NCBI GenBank assembly: GCA_031414955.1
Contig: JANOQV010000217.1
Coordinates: 1 to 54,818, forward strand
DNA from: Pedosphaera sp.
GTDB taxonomy: Bacteria; Verrucomicrobiota; Verrucomicrobiia; Limisphaerales; SIBH01
Direction of reading: 5' to 3'
DNA: 54,818 nucleotides
Shown: piece after piece, positions 1 to 11,600 of the stretch
Layout: every line of letters begins with the position of its first letter
Position numbering within the stretch: the stretch's first letter is position 1
Made by a program: the position numbers and the translations under genes
The notes under the pieces: generated by a model
The model's input: the letters and a program-made list of their open reading frames with translations, nothing else
The model's database searches: none
What the model was told of the DNA's origin: nothing

Positions 1-18
1 TTGTTTGCCAACCAGTGC

Positions 19-118
19 GGAGCGCGGCGTTTACGCCGCTTCACCGTTCGTAAGCCCGCTGGTCAATCGATCCGTCATCGCCCGCTTGGACGCTGAAGCG
101 GCCTGAAGGCCGCGATCC
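19..118. repeat. REP-like inverted doublet
   Basis: GGAGCGCGGC-gtttac-GCCGCTTCA (19-43) and the inverted copy TGAAGCGGC-ctgaag-GCCGCGATCC (94-118); each unit is itself a small hairpin. Confidence 0.7.
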
Positions 119-380
119 AAGAACAGTGTCAAGATGCGCCCCTGCCCTGCGGTCCCGCCAGACAAACCTTGCCATGTCAGGCGGGCACTGTCTGAATGGG
201 CGTCCGGGGCTTGGGGTGTGGTTGCCTCGAGTCCCCGACCAGTTGGCGGGTTGTGTCATTTTCACGATGGCGCAATCCGCTTTTTCTTGCCACCGATGGA
301 GCCTCCCCCTGGTTCTTGCTCACGCCAGCCGGGTGCCAGCTCGACGGGCTTCGCGCCGTGTTCCCCCTCAGCCTCCCTGG

Positions 381-1391
381 TCAGCGCCGCAGAAAACGCT
401 CGAAACACTTGGATTGATGCAGGTCGATGCGGAGGCTGGGCTGACGCACGATGCGGGCGCAGGCCTCCTGGGATGCGGCGTAGTTCAATCCCCGTTCCGG
501 CCCAAGCACGCTGGCGCTGGTGGAGATTGAATTCGCGGTGGTGCAATCCTTCGCGATGACCACGACCAGGCCGTGATCGGTGAGTCCCATCCCGGTGTGC
601 GGATTCACGATGTGCGAGTAGCGGACGCCGGCGATCTCAACATGCTGGAACAGATCGCCAGAGGTCGCGAGACCCGCGTCGCGTAGCAACACGAACTCCG
701 GGGCGGGTGCGTTCGGGGCGTCCAGCGGCGCGAGTTCGATGCGCCAGCCGGCGGTGCCCGGCGGCGGCCCGCTCAGGGCCATGTCGCCGCTGCCGGTGAT
801 GAGCGCCGACCGGATGCCGCGCGCCCGCAAGACCTTCATCGCCTCATCAAGGGCGTAGCTTTTGGCGATGGCTCCGAGGTCAAGCCGCATGTAAGGGACG
901 AGGAGTTCGACAGCGTGATCAGACGGATGGAGTTTCAACTTCTCATAACCTACGGCGCGCTTGGCTTCGGCCAGTTTGCCCGGGTCCGGCAACATTTTCT
1001 CGCGGCGCGCCTTGCGCCACAAGCTCACGATGGGGCCGCAGGTGATGTCGAATGCGCCGTCCGTGTCGCGCGCCGTCTGCTGCGAGCGTTCCAGCACGCG
1101 CCACAAATCCTCGCCCACGCGCACGGCGCGGCCCGAGCCTGCGGTCTGGTTCAACCGGCTCAGTTCACTGTCCGTGTCGTAGTCACTCAGGATGTCGTTG
1201 AGTTGCTTGACGCGCGCAAAGGCGGCCTCGGCCGCCGCGTCCGCCGTGGATTTGTCCGCCGCGTAAAGGACGATGCGAAACGGCAGGCCCATCTGCGGAC
1301 GGGTGTATTCAAAGCGAGCCGGCGGCGGCGGCGAACTCACGCAGCCCGCCACCAGCAAAACCATGCCCCATCCAGTCCAATTCTTGAACAC
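381..1391 (-). CDS. apbE: FAD:protein FMN transferase (ApbE family lipoprotein)
   Basis: Lipobox VAGC; motifs QMG.PF, SELSRLN, GAFDIT.GP, LDLGAIAK, ATSGD, YSHIVNPHTG. Confidence 0.92.
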   Translation of the reverse strand: MFKNWTGWGMVLLVAGCVSSPPPPARFEYTRPQMGLPFRIVLYAADKSTADAAAEAAFARVKQLNDILSDYDTDSELSRLNQTAGSGRAVRVGEDLWRVLERSQQTARDTDGAFDITCGPIVSLWRKARREKMLPDPGKLAEAKRAVGYEKLKLHPSDHAVELLVPYMRLDLGAIAKSYALDEAMKVLRARGIRSALITGSGDMALSGPPPGTAGWRIELAPLDAPNAPAPEFVLLRDAGLATSGDLFQHVEIAGVRYSHIVNPHTGMGLTDHGLVVVIAKDCTTANSISTSASVLGPERGLNYAASQEACARIVRQPSLRIDLHQSKCFERFLRR

Positions 1392-1486
1392 CCGCGCAGT
1401 TTAGCAAAGTGCGCGCGGGGCCAAAACAGATTTGCCGTCCGAGTTCGCCTCCGGGTAGCTTCTCGACCGTGAACGCTGAACCAATC

Positions 1487-2377
1487 ATGTCCCTGTTCCT
1501 CGCCCAGGCTGGAGCCGCCGGCGGATCAACCAACCGGCTGGCCATGGCCGCAGGCAAATTGCTGACCCGCGACGAGGCGTTTCAACTGGCCAAAGATTAC
1601 GGCCCGAGGGCCGTCGGAGCCGCCATCGTTTTCGTGGTCGGGCTGGTCCTGGCCAACTGGATCGGCAAGGCCGTGATGCGCGGCCTGTCCAAGCGCGACA
1701 TGGAACCGCCCGTCCGCATGCTCATGGTCCGGGCCGCCAAGCTGCTGGTCCTGATCGGCGCAATGATGATGGCCATCCAGCAGCTTGGCTTCCAATTACT
1801 GCCGCTCATCGCCGGTCTCGGCGTGGCGGGCGTCGGCGTCGGCCTGGCGATGCAAGGCGTGTTGAGCAATCTGGTCGCCGGCCTGACCATTATTTTTGTG
1901 AAGCCGTTTCGAGTCGGCGAATACATCGAGATCGTCGGGGTCGAAGGACAGGTCGATAACATCGAACTGTTTTCCACCCGCCTGGTTCATCCTGACCGTT
2001 CGCGGGTCGTGATTCCGAACCGCAAGATCGTCGGCGAGATCATTCACAACTACGGGAAAATCCGGCAGCTCGATCTGGCCGTGAACGTGTCCTATGACAC
2101 CGACTTGAACAACGCCCTCGCTCTCGTGGCCGACATCCTCCAGCGCAGCCCGCGCACGCTCAAGGATCCCGCGCCCGTCCTCGGCGCGGTCACGCTGGCG
2201 GATTCTTCCATCGTCATCGCCATCAAACCCTGGACCGTGCTGGAGAATTTCGGCCCGGCCCAGATCGAGGTGAACAAAGCGGTCGTGGAACGCTTCCGCG
2301 AAGCCGGCATCTGCATTCCGTTCCCGCAGCGCGAAATTCGCCTGCTCCCAGGTGCGGACCTCAAGTCGGTGGCTTGA
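1487..2377 (+). CDS. mscS: Small-conductance mechanosensitive channel (MscS family)
   Basis: Three TM segments, GVAGVGVGLAMQGVLSNLVAG, KPFRVGEYIE, VIPNRKI, IPFPQRE; ATG at 1487 chosen by eye. Confidence 0.9.
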   Translation: MSLFLAQAGAAGGSTNRLAMAAGKLLTRDEAFQLAKDYGPRAVGAAIVFVVGLVLANWIGKAVMRGLSKRDMEPPVRMLMVRAAKLLVLIGAMMMAIQQLGFQLLPLIAGLGVAGVGVGLAMQGVLSNLVAGLTIIFVKPFRVGEYIEIVGVEGQVDNIELFSTRLVHPDRSRVVIPNRKIVGEIIHNYGKIRQLDLAVNVSYDTDLNNALALVADILQRSPRTLKDPAPVLGAVTLADSSIVIAIKPWTVLENFGPAQIEVNKAVVERFREAGICIPFPQREIRLLPGADLKSVA

Positions 2378-2432
2378 AGTTCAGGCGGGTTCCTTGACTT
2401 GAACTAAGGAAGTGAAACACTCCCCTTAGTCT

Positions 2433-2852
2433 ATGCCGAAAAAAGTCCAGGCCAAGTCCATGACGCGCGACGAGAAACGCAATCTCGACGTGGAGATCGG
2501 GTTCCTTGAGGGCGTGGTGCGCAAGGATCCCGCTTACGTCGAGGCCCTCCAGATCCTGGGCGACGATTACACCAAACGCGGCCGCTTCGAGGAAGGGCTG
2601 GGCATTGATGAGCAACTCGCTGCTTTGCGTCCGCAAGATCCCTCGGTGCTCTACAATCTCGCCTGCAGTTATTCCCTCACCGGTCGCGCGGAAGACGCCT
2701 TCACCGTTCTGGATCGCGCCCTGGCGGCGGGCTACAGCGACTTCAAGTGGATGGCTCAAGACCCCGACTTGGAGCCGCTGCGCAAACATCCGCACTACGA
2801 ACGCGTTCGCGCCAAGATCAAAACCGCCAAATCGCAGGCGAAATCTCCCTGA
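2433..2852 (+). CDS. Small TPR-repeat protein
   Basis: TPR-like helices, VLYNLACSYSLTG, C-terminal DPDLEPLR. Confidence 0.8.
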   Translation: MPKKVQAKSMTRDEKRNLDVEIGFLEGVVRKDPAYVEALQILGDDYTKRGRFEEGLGIDEQLAALRPQDPSVLYNLACSYSLTGRAEDAFTVLDRALAAGYSDFKWMAQDPDLEPLRKHPHYERVRAKIKTAKSQAKSP

Positions 2853-2856
2853 CTTC

Positions 2857-2932
2857 GAAGCCGACGACGTGCGGAGGCTCTGATCAAATCCACCCGGCCT
2901 TTTGAAGTGAGCCTCATCACCTCGGCTGCTAC
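2857..2932. repeat. Degenerate GTAG-type REP-like palindrome
   Basis: gaagccgacgacgtgcggaggctc ... gagcctcatcacctcggctgctac: imperfect inverted arms with a CTAC end. Confidence 0.6.
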
Positions 2933-2941
2933 GTTTCACGC

Positions 2942-4060
<1,119 letters not shown>

Positions 4061-4173
4061 GAAAATTCCCCGCCGCCTTCCGCTCGGGCGGGCGCTTCCG
4101 ATGAAGATTGCGCGGGAATCAGCTTGGCATCCGCGCCCGATGCCTTTAGCTACGGCCAAACATCACCCAACGT

Positions 4174-5150
4174 ATGACTATTCTCACCGGCTGCTTCTTC
4201 GGGTTCGTGGCGTGGTTCCTCATCCGTTACCTCGTCGCCGGACTTTACACCGTCAACCAGAACGAGCGCGCCGTGAAAACCGTCTTCGGTCGCGCCCAGC
4301 GCGTGGAGGAACTGACCACCCTCGACGATCCCATTTCCGAGATGCTCAACGACGACGAGAAGGAGCGCTACGCCTATCCGCAGGTGCGCGTCATCGTGCC
4401 GGGCGGGCCGTACTTCAAGTGGCCGTGGGAGCGCATCCATAAAGTCTCCATTGCCACCGAGACCCTCAACATGGCGGTGGACCCGGACAATCCGGACGCA
4501 AACAACAGCGGCACCATCCTCGAAGCGGTCACGAAGGACCAGTTGAACACGGGACTCACCGGGCAGATTCGTTACCGCGTCTCCGAACGCAATCTCTACG
4601 CCTATCTCTTCGGCGTGAAGAAACCCATCGTCCATGTCATGCCTACTTCGTCTCCGTGCTGCGCGAGCGCATCGCGAACTTCGAGGCGCCCGGCAAGCCC
4701 GACGACGCCCCGGAAGCCACCATGGTCGCCGGCATTTCCATCAACGACATCCGCAAGAACCTCCGCGACTTGAACGAACACATGGACAACGAATGCCGCT
4801 CCTCGTCCGCGCGCTACGGCATGGTGCTCGACGCTTCGCTCATCACCGGCATTGATCCGCCGCCGGAGGTCGAGTCCGCGCTGGCGGCCATCAACACCGC
4901 TTACAACCAGGTCTCTTCTGACATCAGCCTGGCCCAGGCGGGCGCGGATCAAAAGATCGTGCAGTCCCGCCGCGCGGTGGAAATCGAGACGCTCAAGGCC
5001 CAGGCCGAAGTCGAGCCGCTGGTGCGCTTGGCGGAGCAACTCACCCAGCTCAAGCAGAGCGGCGCGGGTGCGTTGACCGCTTACGTGCGCAATGTCCGCC
5101 TCCGCCTTTTCGAGCACGCCAGTAGCGTATTTCTGGAGGGACGGAAATGA
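4174..5150 (+). pseudogene. SPFH/band-7 protein split by a 1-nt frameshift near 4641 (pseudogene or sequencing error)
   Basis: The first frame reads ...KKPIVHVM then degenerates; the -1 frame continues AYFVSVLRERIANF...GIDPPPEVESALAAINTA and ends in an ATGA overlap with the next SPFH gene. Confidence 0.8.
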
Positions 5151-6088
5151 TCGCCTTTCTCATTGCCATGGCCGCCACGTTCGTCGGCTGCCTCATCTTT
5201 GTGCCGGCCGTGCTCGGTTTCACCCGCCAATGCGGCGTGTATGTCATCGTGCCGGAGCGGCGCTGCTATGTTTACATGCTCTTCGGCAAGGTCGTCGGCA
5301 TCATCGACCAGCCGGGGCTGCACTTCCTGCCCGTGCTCATGGGGTGGCGCGCGTTCATCGTTCACTGGCTGGGCAGCCGGCTCATTCTCGACATGCGGCT
5401 CGACCAGGAATATCTCCGCAGCCAGCCGGTCAATTCCGAGGAAGGCGCGCCCATGGGCATCGGCATCTGGTATGAAATGTTCGTCAGCGATCCCGTGGCC
5501 TACCTCTTCAAGAACACCGACCCGGCCGGCTCGCTTGCGGCCAACGTCAGCAACTCCACCGTGCGTTGCCTGAGCAACCTGCCCCTCGGGCAGATGCTCG
5601 TGAACCGCCACGCCATGAGCGCCACCGTGCGCGAGGAGGTCTCGCCGCAATCGCACGAGTGGGGCTACAAGCTCGGCTCCGTTTACATCCGCAAGGTCCA
5701 CTTCCGCGACCTCGGCATGATCGCGCAGATCGAGAGCAAGGTGGTGAACCGCCTCCGCCAGGTCACCTCGGCCATCAAGCAGGACGGCGCCAACCAGGTC
5801 AGCATCATCACCAGCACGGCCGAGCGGCAGGCGGCGATTGAGTTCGCCAAGGCGGCGGCCATCCGGCCTGAGATCGTCGGGGCCGCGCTGCAAAAAATCT
5901 CCGAGGACGAACAGGTGGCCACCTGCCTGTTTGAAATCCTGGAGACGCAGAAGATCATCGACAGTGGGGCGCGCATCTCCATTTTGCCCGCCAAGGGAGA
6001 ACTGCTCGGCGAACTGCTCGCCGCTTCCGGGCAGGAGAAGAGGCCACCCGCGTCTCATGGCGGCGGCCCACCGCCGATGGCACACTAA
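5147..6088 (+). CDS. SPFH/band-7 (stomatin/prohibitin-like) membrane protein
   Basis: N-terminal TM, FGKVVGIIDQPGLHF, WGYKLGSVYIRKV, coiled C-terminus; ATGA-coupled to the upstream gene. Confidence 0.85.
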   Translation: MIAFLIAMAATFVGCLIFVPAVLGFTRQCGVYVIVPERRCYVYMLFGKVVGIIDQPGLHFLPVLMGWRAFIVHWLGSRLILDMRLDQEYLRSQPVNSEEGAPMGIGIWYEMFVSDPVAYLFKNTDPAGSLAANVSNSTVRCLSNLPLGQMLVNRHAMSATVREEVSPQSHEWGYKLGSVYIRKVHFRDLGMIAQIESKVVNRLRQVTSAIKQDGANQVSIITSTAERQAAIEFAKAAAIRPEIVGAALQKISEDEQVATCLFEILETQKIIDSGARISILPAKGELLGELLAASGQEKRPPASHGGGPPPMAH

Positions 6089-6189
6089 AGCCGACGCGTT
6101 TTTCCGCCTCAAAACTGCCCCATTTCGTTCGGGGAAGCCTCCGAAATCGCCCCGCGCCAGGCAGCGGGATACGAATTCCTTCCAACTCG

Positions 6190-6435
6190 TCAGTTTCGAC
6201 GTCCTACAGGAAGGGGAGCATTTGTTGAGGCCTCATATTTCGGCTGCACACCGTTCAAGTGCTCAAACTTTACAGGATACCCCAAGCCACCGGGCTGAAC
6301 GATTCCCTCGGTTTCAGTGACCTTAATCACACGACCGGTCCCATCCTTCTCGACAGAAATCTGCTTCATGTAAGTCGTCTGGACGGTACAGCCAGAAGCG
6401 AATGCTGCAATGCATAGCAAGCAGAGAGTTTTCAT
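6190..6435 (-). CDS. Small hypothetical lipoprotein
   Basis: Signal peptide with lipobox FASGC; visibly lower GC than the flanks. Confidence 0.65.
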   Translation of the reverse strand: MKTLCLLCIAAFASGCTVQTTYMKQISVEKDGTGRVIKVTETEGIVQPGGLGYPVKFEHLNGVQPKYEASTNAPLPVGRRN

Positions 6436-6570
6436 AAACGTCAGTCAGGAGCGTAGCGTCACAAGGTGTCAAGCAATTCTCTCGATGGTGTGGCGCGGCG
6501 GCGCGGCCCCACCACCACGACGGGCGGCGCGGGAGATTGACGGAGCACTTCGTTTCGGTAGCGTGAACAA

Positions 6571-7626
6571 ATGATTTTGCGGGGAAATGAGAATTCTGCT
6601 TCTGAAGCGTTGTCAAAGTTACTCTCGGATTCCATAGACGCCCGACGAGCGTTTCTCAAAATCGCACTACCCAAGTTGCGGATTCCGGAGAAGCAGCTTT
6701 CCCGCGTCGAGGTCAAGCATCGGCATCGGATTCGTCATGGGGAAATAGACATCCTTCTTCACGAGGGAGCTTTGGGCGTAATCGTGGAATGCAAGGTGGC
6801 GAGTCACAAGAACGCGTATCAGCCCGAGCGCTACCGGCGCGATTGGAAAGAGAAGTTCGGTACGGAACCTTACTTTGTATGGCTGGTCCAGAAGCATGAC
6901 GAAGTTCTTGGTGCAGACAGTGATGGGTCGTACACGATTACTTGGAATGACTTGCACGGAAGATTTTTGGCAATTGCAGGAAACCTGCAAGTTGCGCAAG
7001 CAAGGTGTATTCTTACGTTCTGCACCGAATTGGTGGAGGCGAACATTGTATTGCCCAACAACCAATTGCTCAGGCGAACCAAATCCTGCAAAGGCTACGT
7101 TCAGCAACATGCCAAGCTCATCCTGACGAGTATCCGGGACAGAGTCGGCGGGCTTGATGGCAAGGTCGAAGAAGTAAACGAGTGCCCGCCTTGCCTCAAA
7201 GCCGGTCGGCTCAGTTGGTCCTCCAAGTTCAATTGGATCAATCGGGTGTGGTTATACATGAAGCCGCTTGCCGACATTCGCAATACGAAGTGTCCATTCG
7301 GCTTCGGGGTTGATGTTCCATTGTTTCATCATCACACAGCCGACTCGTTTGAAGACATCTGTTCAAGAATCCCCCAATGGGCGCGAGTGTGTGACGAACA
7401 TGGTTTGGTGTTTCGACGCAACCGGCCCTCAAAATGGAAAGGCGCACTTTCACTGCCATACCCGTTTACTGTGGAGACAAAGGTTGGACTCAATTGGTTA
7501 ACTGCATCTCGGCCTCCCGGTCTCGAAACGGATATCAACTTCGATTGGCGCAATGACGAAGCAGCAATTGCCGCAGGAGTGCGTCACATCAAGCCTTTCC
7601 TGCAGATGGTCGAAAAGTTTCGTTGA
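6571..7626 (+). CDS. PD-(D/E)XK nuclease superfamily protein
   Basis: N-terminal EN...S.AL, GEIDILL...IVECKV and Q.ERY motifs; lower-GC codon usage. Confidence 0.7.
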   Translation: MILRGNENSASEALSKLLSDSIDARRAFLKIALPKLRIPEKQLSRVEVKHRHRIRHGEIDILLHEGALGVIVECKVASHKNAYQPERYRRDWKEKFGTEPYFVWLVQKHDEVLGADSDGSYTITWNDLHGRFLAIAGNLQVAQARCILTFCTELVEANIVLPNNQLLRRTKSCKGYVQQHAKLILTSIRDRVGGLDGKVEEVNECPPCLKAGRLSWSSKFNWINRVWLYMKPLADIRNTKCPFGFGVDVPLFHHHTADSFEDICSRIPQWARVCDEHGLVFRRNRPSKWKGALSLPYPFTVETKVGLNWLTASRPPGLETDINFDWRNDEAAIAAGVRHIKPFLQMVEKFR

Positions 7627-7839
7627 GTGCTCTTGCGTCTCGGCCAAGGACCGTTGGCCCTCTCGGCATATTCCCCTTGAAGATCGGAGTCGCTTGGAGA
7701 ATCAACCCGCGACCATGATGCTGCGCCCAAAACGTGTTGAACCACGGTTCATGAAATTCCCCCTTTCATTCGTGCTGTCCGCAGTCGTGGCGGCAGCGGG
7801 CTTGCGGCTGCCTGTTCTCCTCCTTAGAGTCTGGCCACG

Positions 7840-8169
7840 ATGAGCGTCCTGGAAACAGCCGAGGAACTGTTCGCGAAGATGAGCCGCGCGGAGAAGGCGC
7901 AGGTCTTGCAATGGGCCGCGCGCGACTTGGGTGACGTATTTCCCGGCATCGAAGGCCGGCCCGGCGTGTGCGGCGGCGAGCTTTGCATAGTCCGCACGCG
8001 CATTCCGGTGTGGGTGCTCGAAATGGCCCGCCGGTCTGGCGTCTCCGAAGCGGATATTTTGAAGACCTATCCCACCTTGCGCGCCGAAGACCTGGCTAAC
8101 GCTTGGGCCTACATCCGCTCTCACGCCGAGGAAATCGCCAACCAGATCGCCACAAACGAGGCCGACTGA
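7840..8169 (+). CDS. DUF433-domain protein (putative antitoxin)
   Basis: PGVCGGELCIVRTRIPVW, ILKTYPTLRAEDLANAWAY. Confidence 0.9.
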   Translation: MSVLETAEELFAKMSRAEKAQVLQWAARDLGDVFPGIEGRPGVCGGELCIVRTRIPVWVLEMARRSGVSEADILKTYPTLRAEDLANAWAYIRSHAEEIANQIATNEAD

Positions 8170-8504
8170 TGGCGCGGTTCTATTCCAACGAAAACTTCCC
8201 GCTGCCCGTGGTGATCAGGCTGCGCGCCCTCGGCCACGACGTGCTGACGATTCAAGAGGCAGGCCGGGCCGACCAGGCGCTGCCGGACAAGGACGTGCTG
8301 GAATTTGCCACCAAGGAAAATCGCGCCGTGCTCACGCTGAACCGGCTGCACTTCATCCGACTGCATCAAGCGCAACCGAATCACGCGGGCATCGTCGTCT
8401 GCAAGTTTGACGCAGACTTCGCGGCCCAGGCGGAGCGGGTTCATCAAGCCGTCACTGGTCTGGAGTCGCTGGCCGGACAACTGATTCGCGTGAACCGGGC
8501 ATGA
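8169..8504 (+). CDS. DUF5615/Mut7-C PIN-like protein (putative toxin)
   Basis: RFYSNENFP..V...LRALGHDV, D..VLEFA..ENRAVLTLN, HAGIVV; TGATG coupling to the DUF433 gene. Confidence 0.85.
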   Translation: MARFYSNENFPLPVVIRLRALGHDVLTIQEAGRADQALPDKDVLEFATKENRAVLTLNRLHFIRLHQAQPNHAGIVVCKFDADFAAQAERVHQAVTGLESLAGQLIRVNRA

Positions 8505-8610
8505 AAATGGGACGAGCAGTCGGTGCTGTTACATCCGCATGAGAATTTTTCACCCAGTCGCCGTCACGCGCTCTTGCTTCGCGGCGGGCTGACCCTATCG
8601 TCTCGTTCCC

Positions 8611-11600
8611 GTGATGATGAGTTCAATCCGTGCGATTCCTGATTCGGAGAAAAAGTTGTGGCAGTACATCAACTTGAAGCTGGCCGCGCTCGGCTGCCCC
8701 ACCGCCAAGGCCGCGGCGGACGCCGAGTTCCAGGAGCTGGTGTCGGCCCTCCTCCAGCACCAGCGCGAGACGGAGCGGTTGCTGGCCAATTACCTCTGTC
8801 CTGCGGACTGGCGCATCCAGTCGTTCCTCGACGATTACCTCTATGAGACCGGTCTCTCGCCCAAGCTGCCGTGGCGCACTTTTGTGCTGGACCGTCCCGG
8901 TGTGGCCCGCGCCCTCTCGCTGCCGCCGGATGCGGACATGTTCACGTCGGACATTCTCACGTCGTATCGCGTGAAGCAGGGCGTGCTGCATAATCCCAAG
9001 AGCGACCGGCGCACCACGGAAGGCGTGTTCCATGTGACCGAGGGCGGACTGCCGATTCCCGATGACAAGCGGGCGGTGCCGAAGCGGACTTTCGCGGAGT
9101 TGCTGGCCAAGGCGCTGACGCCGCCGGACGAGTTATCGCGACTGCCGTTCACATCCACGCAGGAGAATGAGGCGCGGTGCTTCGTTTCACTCCTATTGCG
9201 TCCTCTCGTCGTCCCATCCGTCCCCGGCTTCATCCCGGAGAAGCGCATGGAGACGCGGTTCTTCGCGCCGGGGAACTTGGTGAGCAACCTGGATTTTGTG
9301 GAGACGATCTTCGGCAACGGCGGCGATCCTTTCCTGCCGGAGAATGACGCGGGGCTGGATGTAGAACACTGGAGCGGTCACACAGGCTGTGTGATCCTGG
9401 CTCCGCATCTTATACGCGTGAAGAAGCGCGACGTCGGGCTGCCCAAGTGGGACGACGCCACCGAGCGACAGCGTCGCGACGGCATGTGCTGGAAGAACGA
9501 GGACGATCTCTACAACGGCGGCAGCGCCTTTAAGATCACGGCGCGCGACGAGCGAGGCGTGGTCGTGACGATCATCGCGGACAACTATTTCGGCTACTGC
9601 AAGAAGGAGGTCAAAACGCAGATCAGCTACGCGGCCAATCTCTTCGGCCTGGCCGAGGAGGAGCACGCGGGCGGCGCATTGGTCTTCCCGAGTTACGATC
9701 TCGGCGAGGAGATGATCGGGCGCAAGCACATGCCACGGCTGGATTACTCCTTCGAGGAAGTGGTGAAACTTTACGGCGAGATGATGGACGTGCAGTTCGA
9801 CGGCTACGGCATCGACAAGAAAAATCCCGACGTGATTTACGTGAGCGAGCATGTGCAGTTCAACCTGCGCGAGCAGAAGGTGAGCTGGCCGGTGGCCCGG
9901 GCCACTCCCTCTCCTCCCTCGGAGGGAGGAGAGGGCCGGGGAGAGGAGGGGCGTGAACGTTCGGCGGTGGATGGGGCACCCCCTCTCCCCGGCCCTCTCC
10001 CCCGCTCCGCAGGGGAGAGGGAGTCGGATGCGCGCCAGCCTGCGGCTGGAACAACTTCGAGCGGCGAAATGCGCAGCATGAAGCTGCTGCCGGGAAAGGT
10101 TTACGTGCGCCCGTCCGGCTACAAGGTCCACATGGAGCGCATCCCCGGCTCCAAGAACTGGCGGCTGGTTGGCACGGTGGGCGAAGGCGTGTTCTGCCAC
10201 AAGCCCTGCACGGTGAGCGGCGGGGGCAAGTCGGAGATTTCCAAGTCGATCAGCGATTCGATTCTGCAAGGGCCGGTCTTCGTCACGGATTTCAAGAAAG
10301 ATTTCGACGCGGTGGAGGCGCTGCTCAAGCGCGATTACGCCCAGCGCTTCAAGGACGCGACCCGGAATAAGAAGAAGGACTCGCGCTCCATCCTCAGTCC
10401 TGAGCGCAGCATCGGCTCGGTGATCAAGCTGCTCACGCCGGCCTCGCGCGAATACTCGGCGGAATACAACGCCTGGCTGCGTGGCATCCCGCAGCATGTT
10501 AAGGAACTCGTCTTCGTGGTGAAGCGGTTCTACAAGCCCGAGTGGAGCGACGACTGGCGCAGCCATTTCAGCGTGGACGTGATCAACGGCGTGCCGGGGA
10601 ACGAGTTGAAGTTCGAGAGCCGCAAGCTGGTCGCGAGCTACGTGCGCGTGGGCTACGAGCCGGACGGCTCCTGGCGGACCTTCGGGCTGCGCAGCGATTT
10701 CCACCCGGCGGCGAAGATTCAGATGGAGGACGACATCACGGCCAGCGTGGTGGTGCCGGCGGAAAAACTCAGTGGGTTGAATCCGCTCTACAAGAATCCG
10801 GCCTTTAAGTTCTCCGAGAACTGCGAGCTGAAACTGTTCCAGCGTCCCGACGACGCGATTCATCGCGGCTACGACAAGCAGGCGGAACTGGACTTCTCGC
10901 GCACGGGAAACTTCTTCTCCAACTACGAGCCGCTCAAACTGGAGACTGCGAAGGAGATGCTCGAGGACGTGATTTCCTTCAGCCAATACACCGAGCCGGT
11001 GCAGCGGCTCATCCGCGAATTCGTGGAGAAGGGCGATGCGAATTATCTCGTCGCCACTTCGCATCCGCGCGTCATTGACGGCAAGCCGACCAAGAACCCG
11101 CGCTACCTCCAGCCACGACCAGACCTGTTGGAGCCGCGCGACAGCTACGTGGCGGACGTCTCGATGCGCTTCCAGCGGCGCGTGCCCTACGGTCAACCCG
11201 TGCGCAAGCCTGTGAACGTGGTCGTGCCGGGCCGCCGCAACAATCCGCCCGAGCCGAAGATTCGTTCACTGGCGGTGTTCAATCCGATTCACTACCTGGA
11301 ACTGCCCGAGCTGTTCATGGAGTGCATCTGCTCGCTGACCGGTAAATCTCCATCGACGACCGGCGCCGGCAGCGAAGGCGCGCTGACCAAGGGGCCGTTC
11401 AACTGCCTGCCGCCGATTCTGGATCTCAATGACGCGCTCGTGAGCTACCTGCTGACCAACGACCACGCGTTCGTCACCGCCGCCGGCTACGTCGGACCGC
11501 ACGCGCGAGTGGATCACGACGTGAGTTTGCTCGTGCCGGAGATTCTCGCGCGCATGACGGTCGAGGAGCGCGACGCGAAGTTTCTCATCGAGAATCAGTA

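Noticed and set aside
4610..4645. Programmed -1 frameshift in the SPFH gene
   Set aside because: There is no in-frame X-XXY-YYZ slippery site; a simple 1-nt deletion explains the pattern.
6436..7839. Integron cassette array in the low-GC islet
   Set aside because: I could not identify convincing attC sites, there is no integrase, and the two low-GC genes are divergent.
7751..7843. Signal-peptide-like mini ORF MKFPLSFVLSAVVAAAG
   Set aside because: It is only 30 codons and may be a gene remnant, but cannot be supported as a feature.
9193..11196. 667-aa antisense ORF, and similar long ORFs at 39698-42577, 52392-54398, 20496-22379 and 14873-16357
   Set aside because: These are shadow or alternate frames of well-supported high-GC genes and contain no recognisable motifs.
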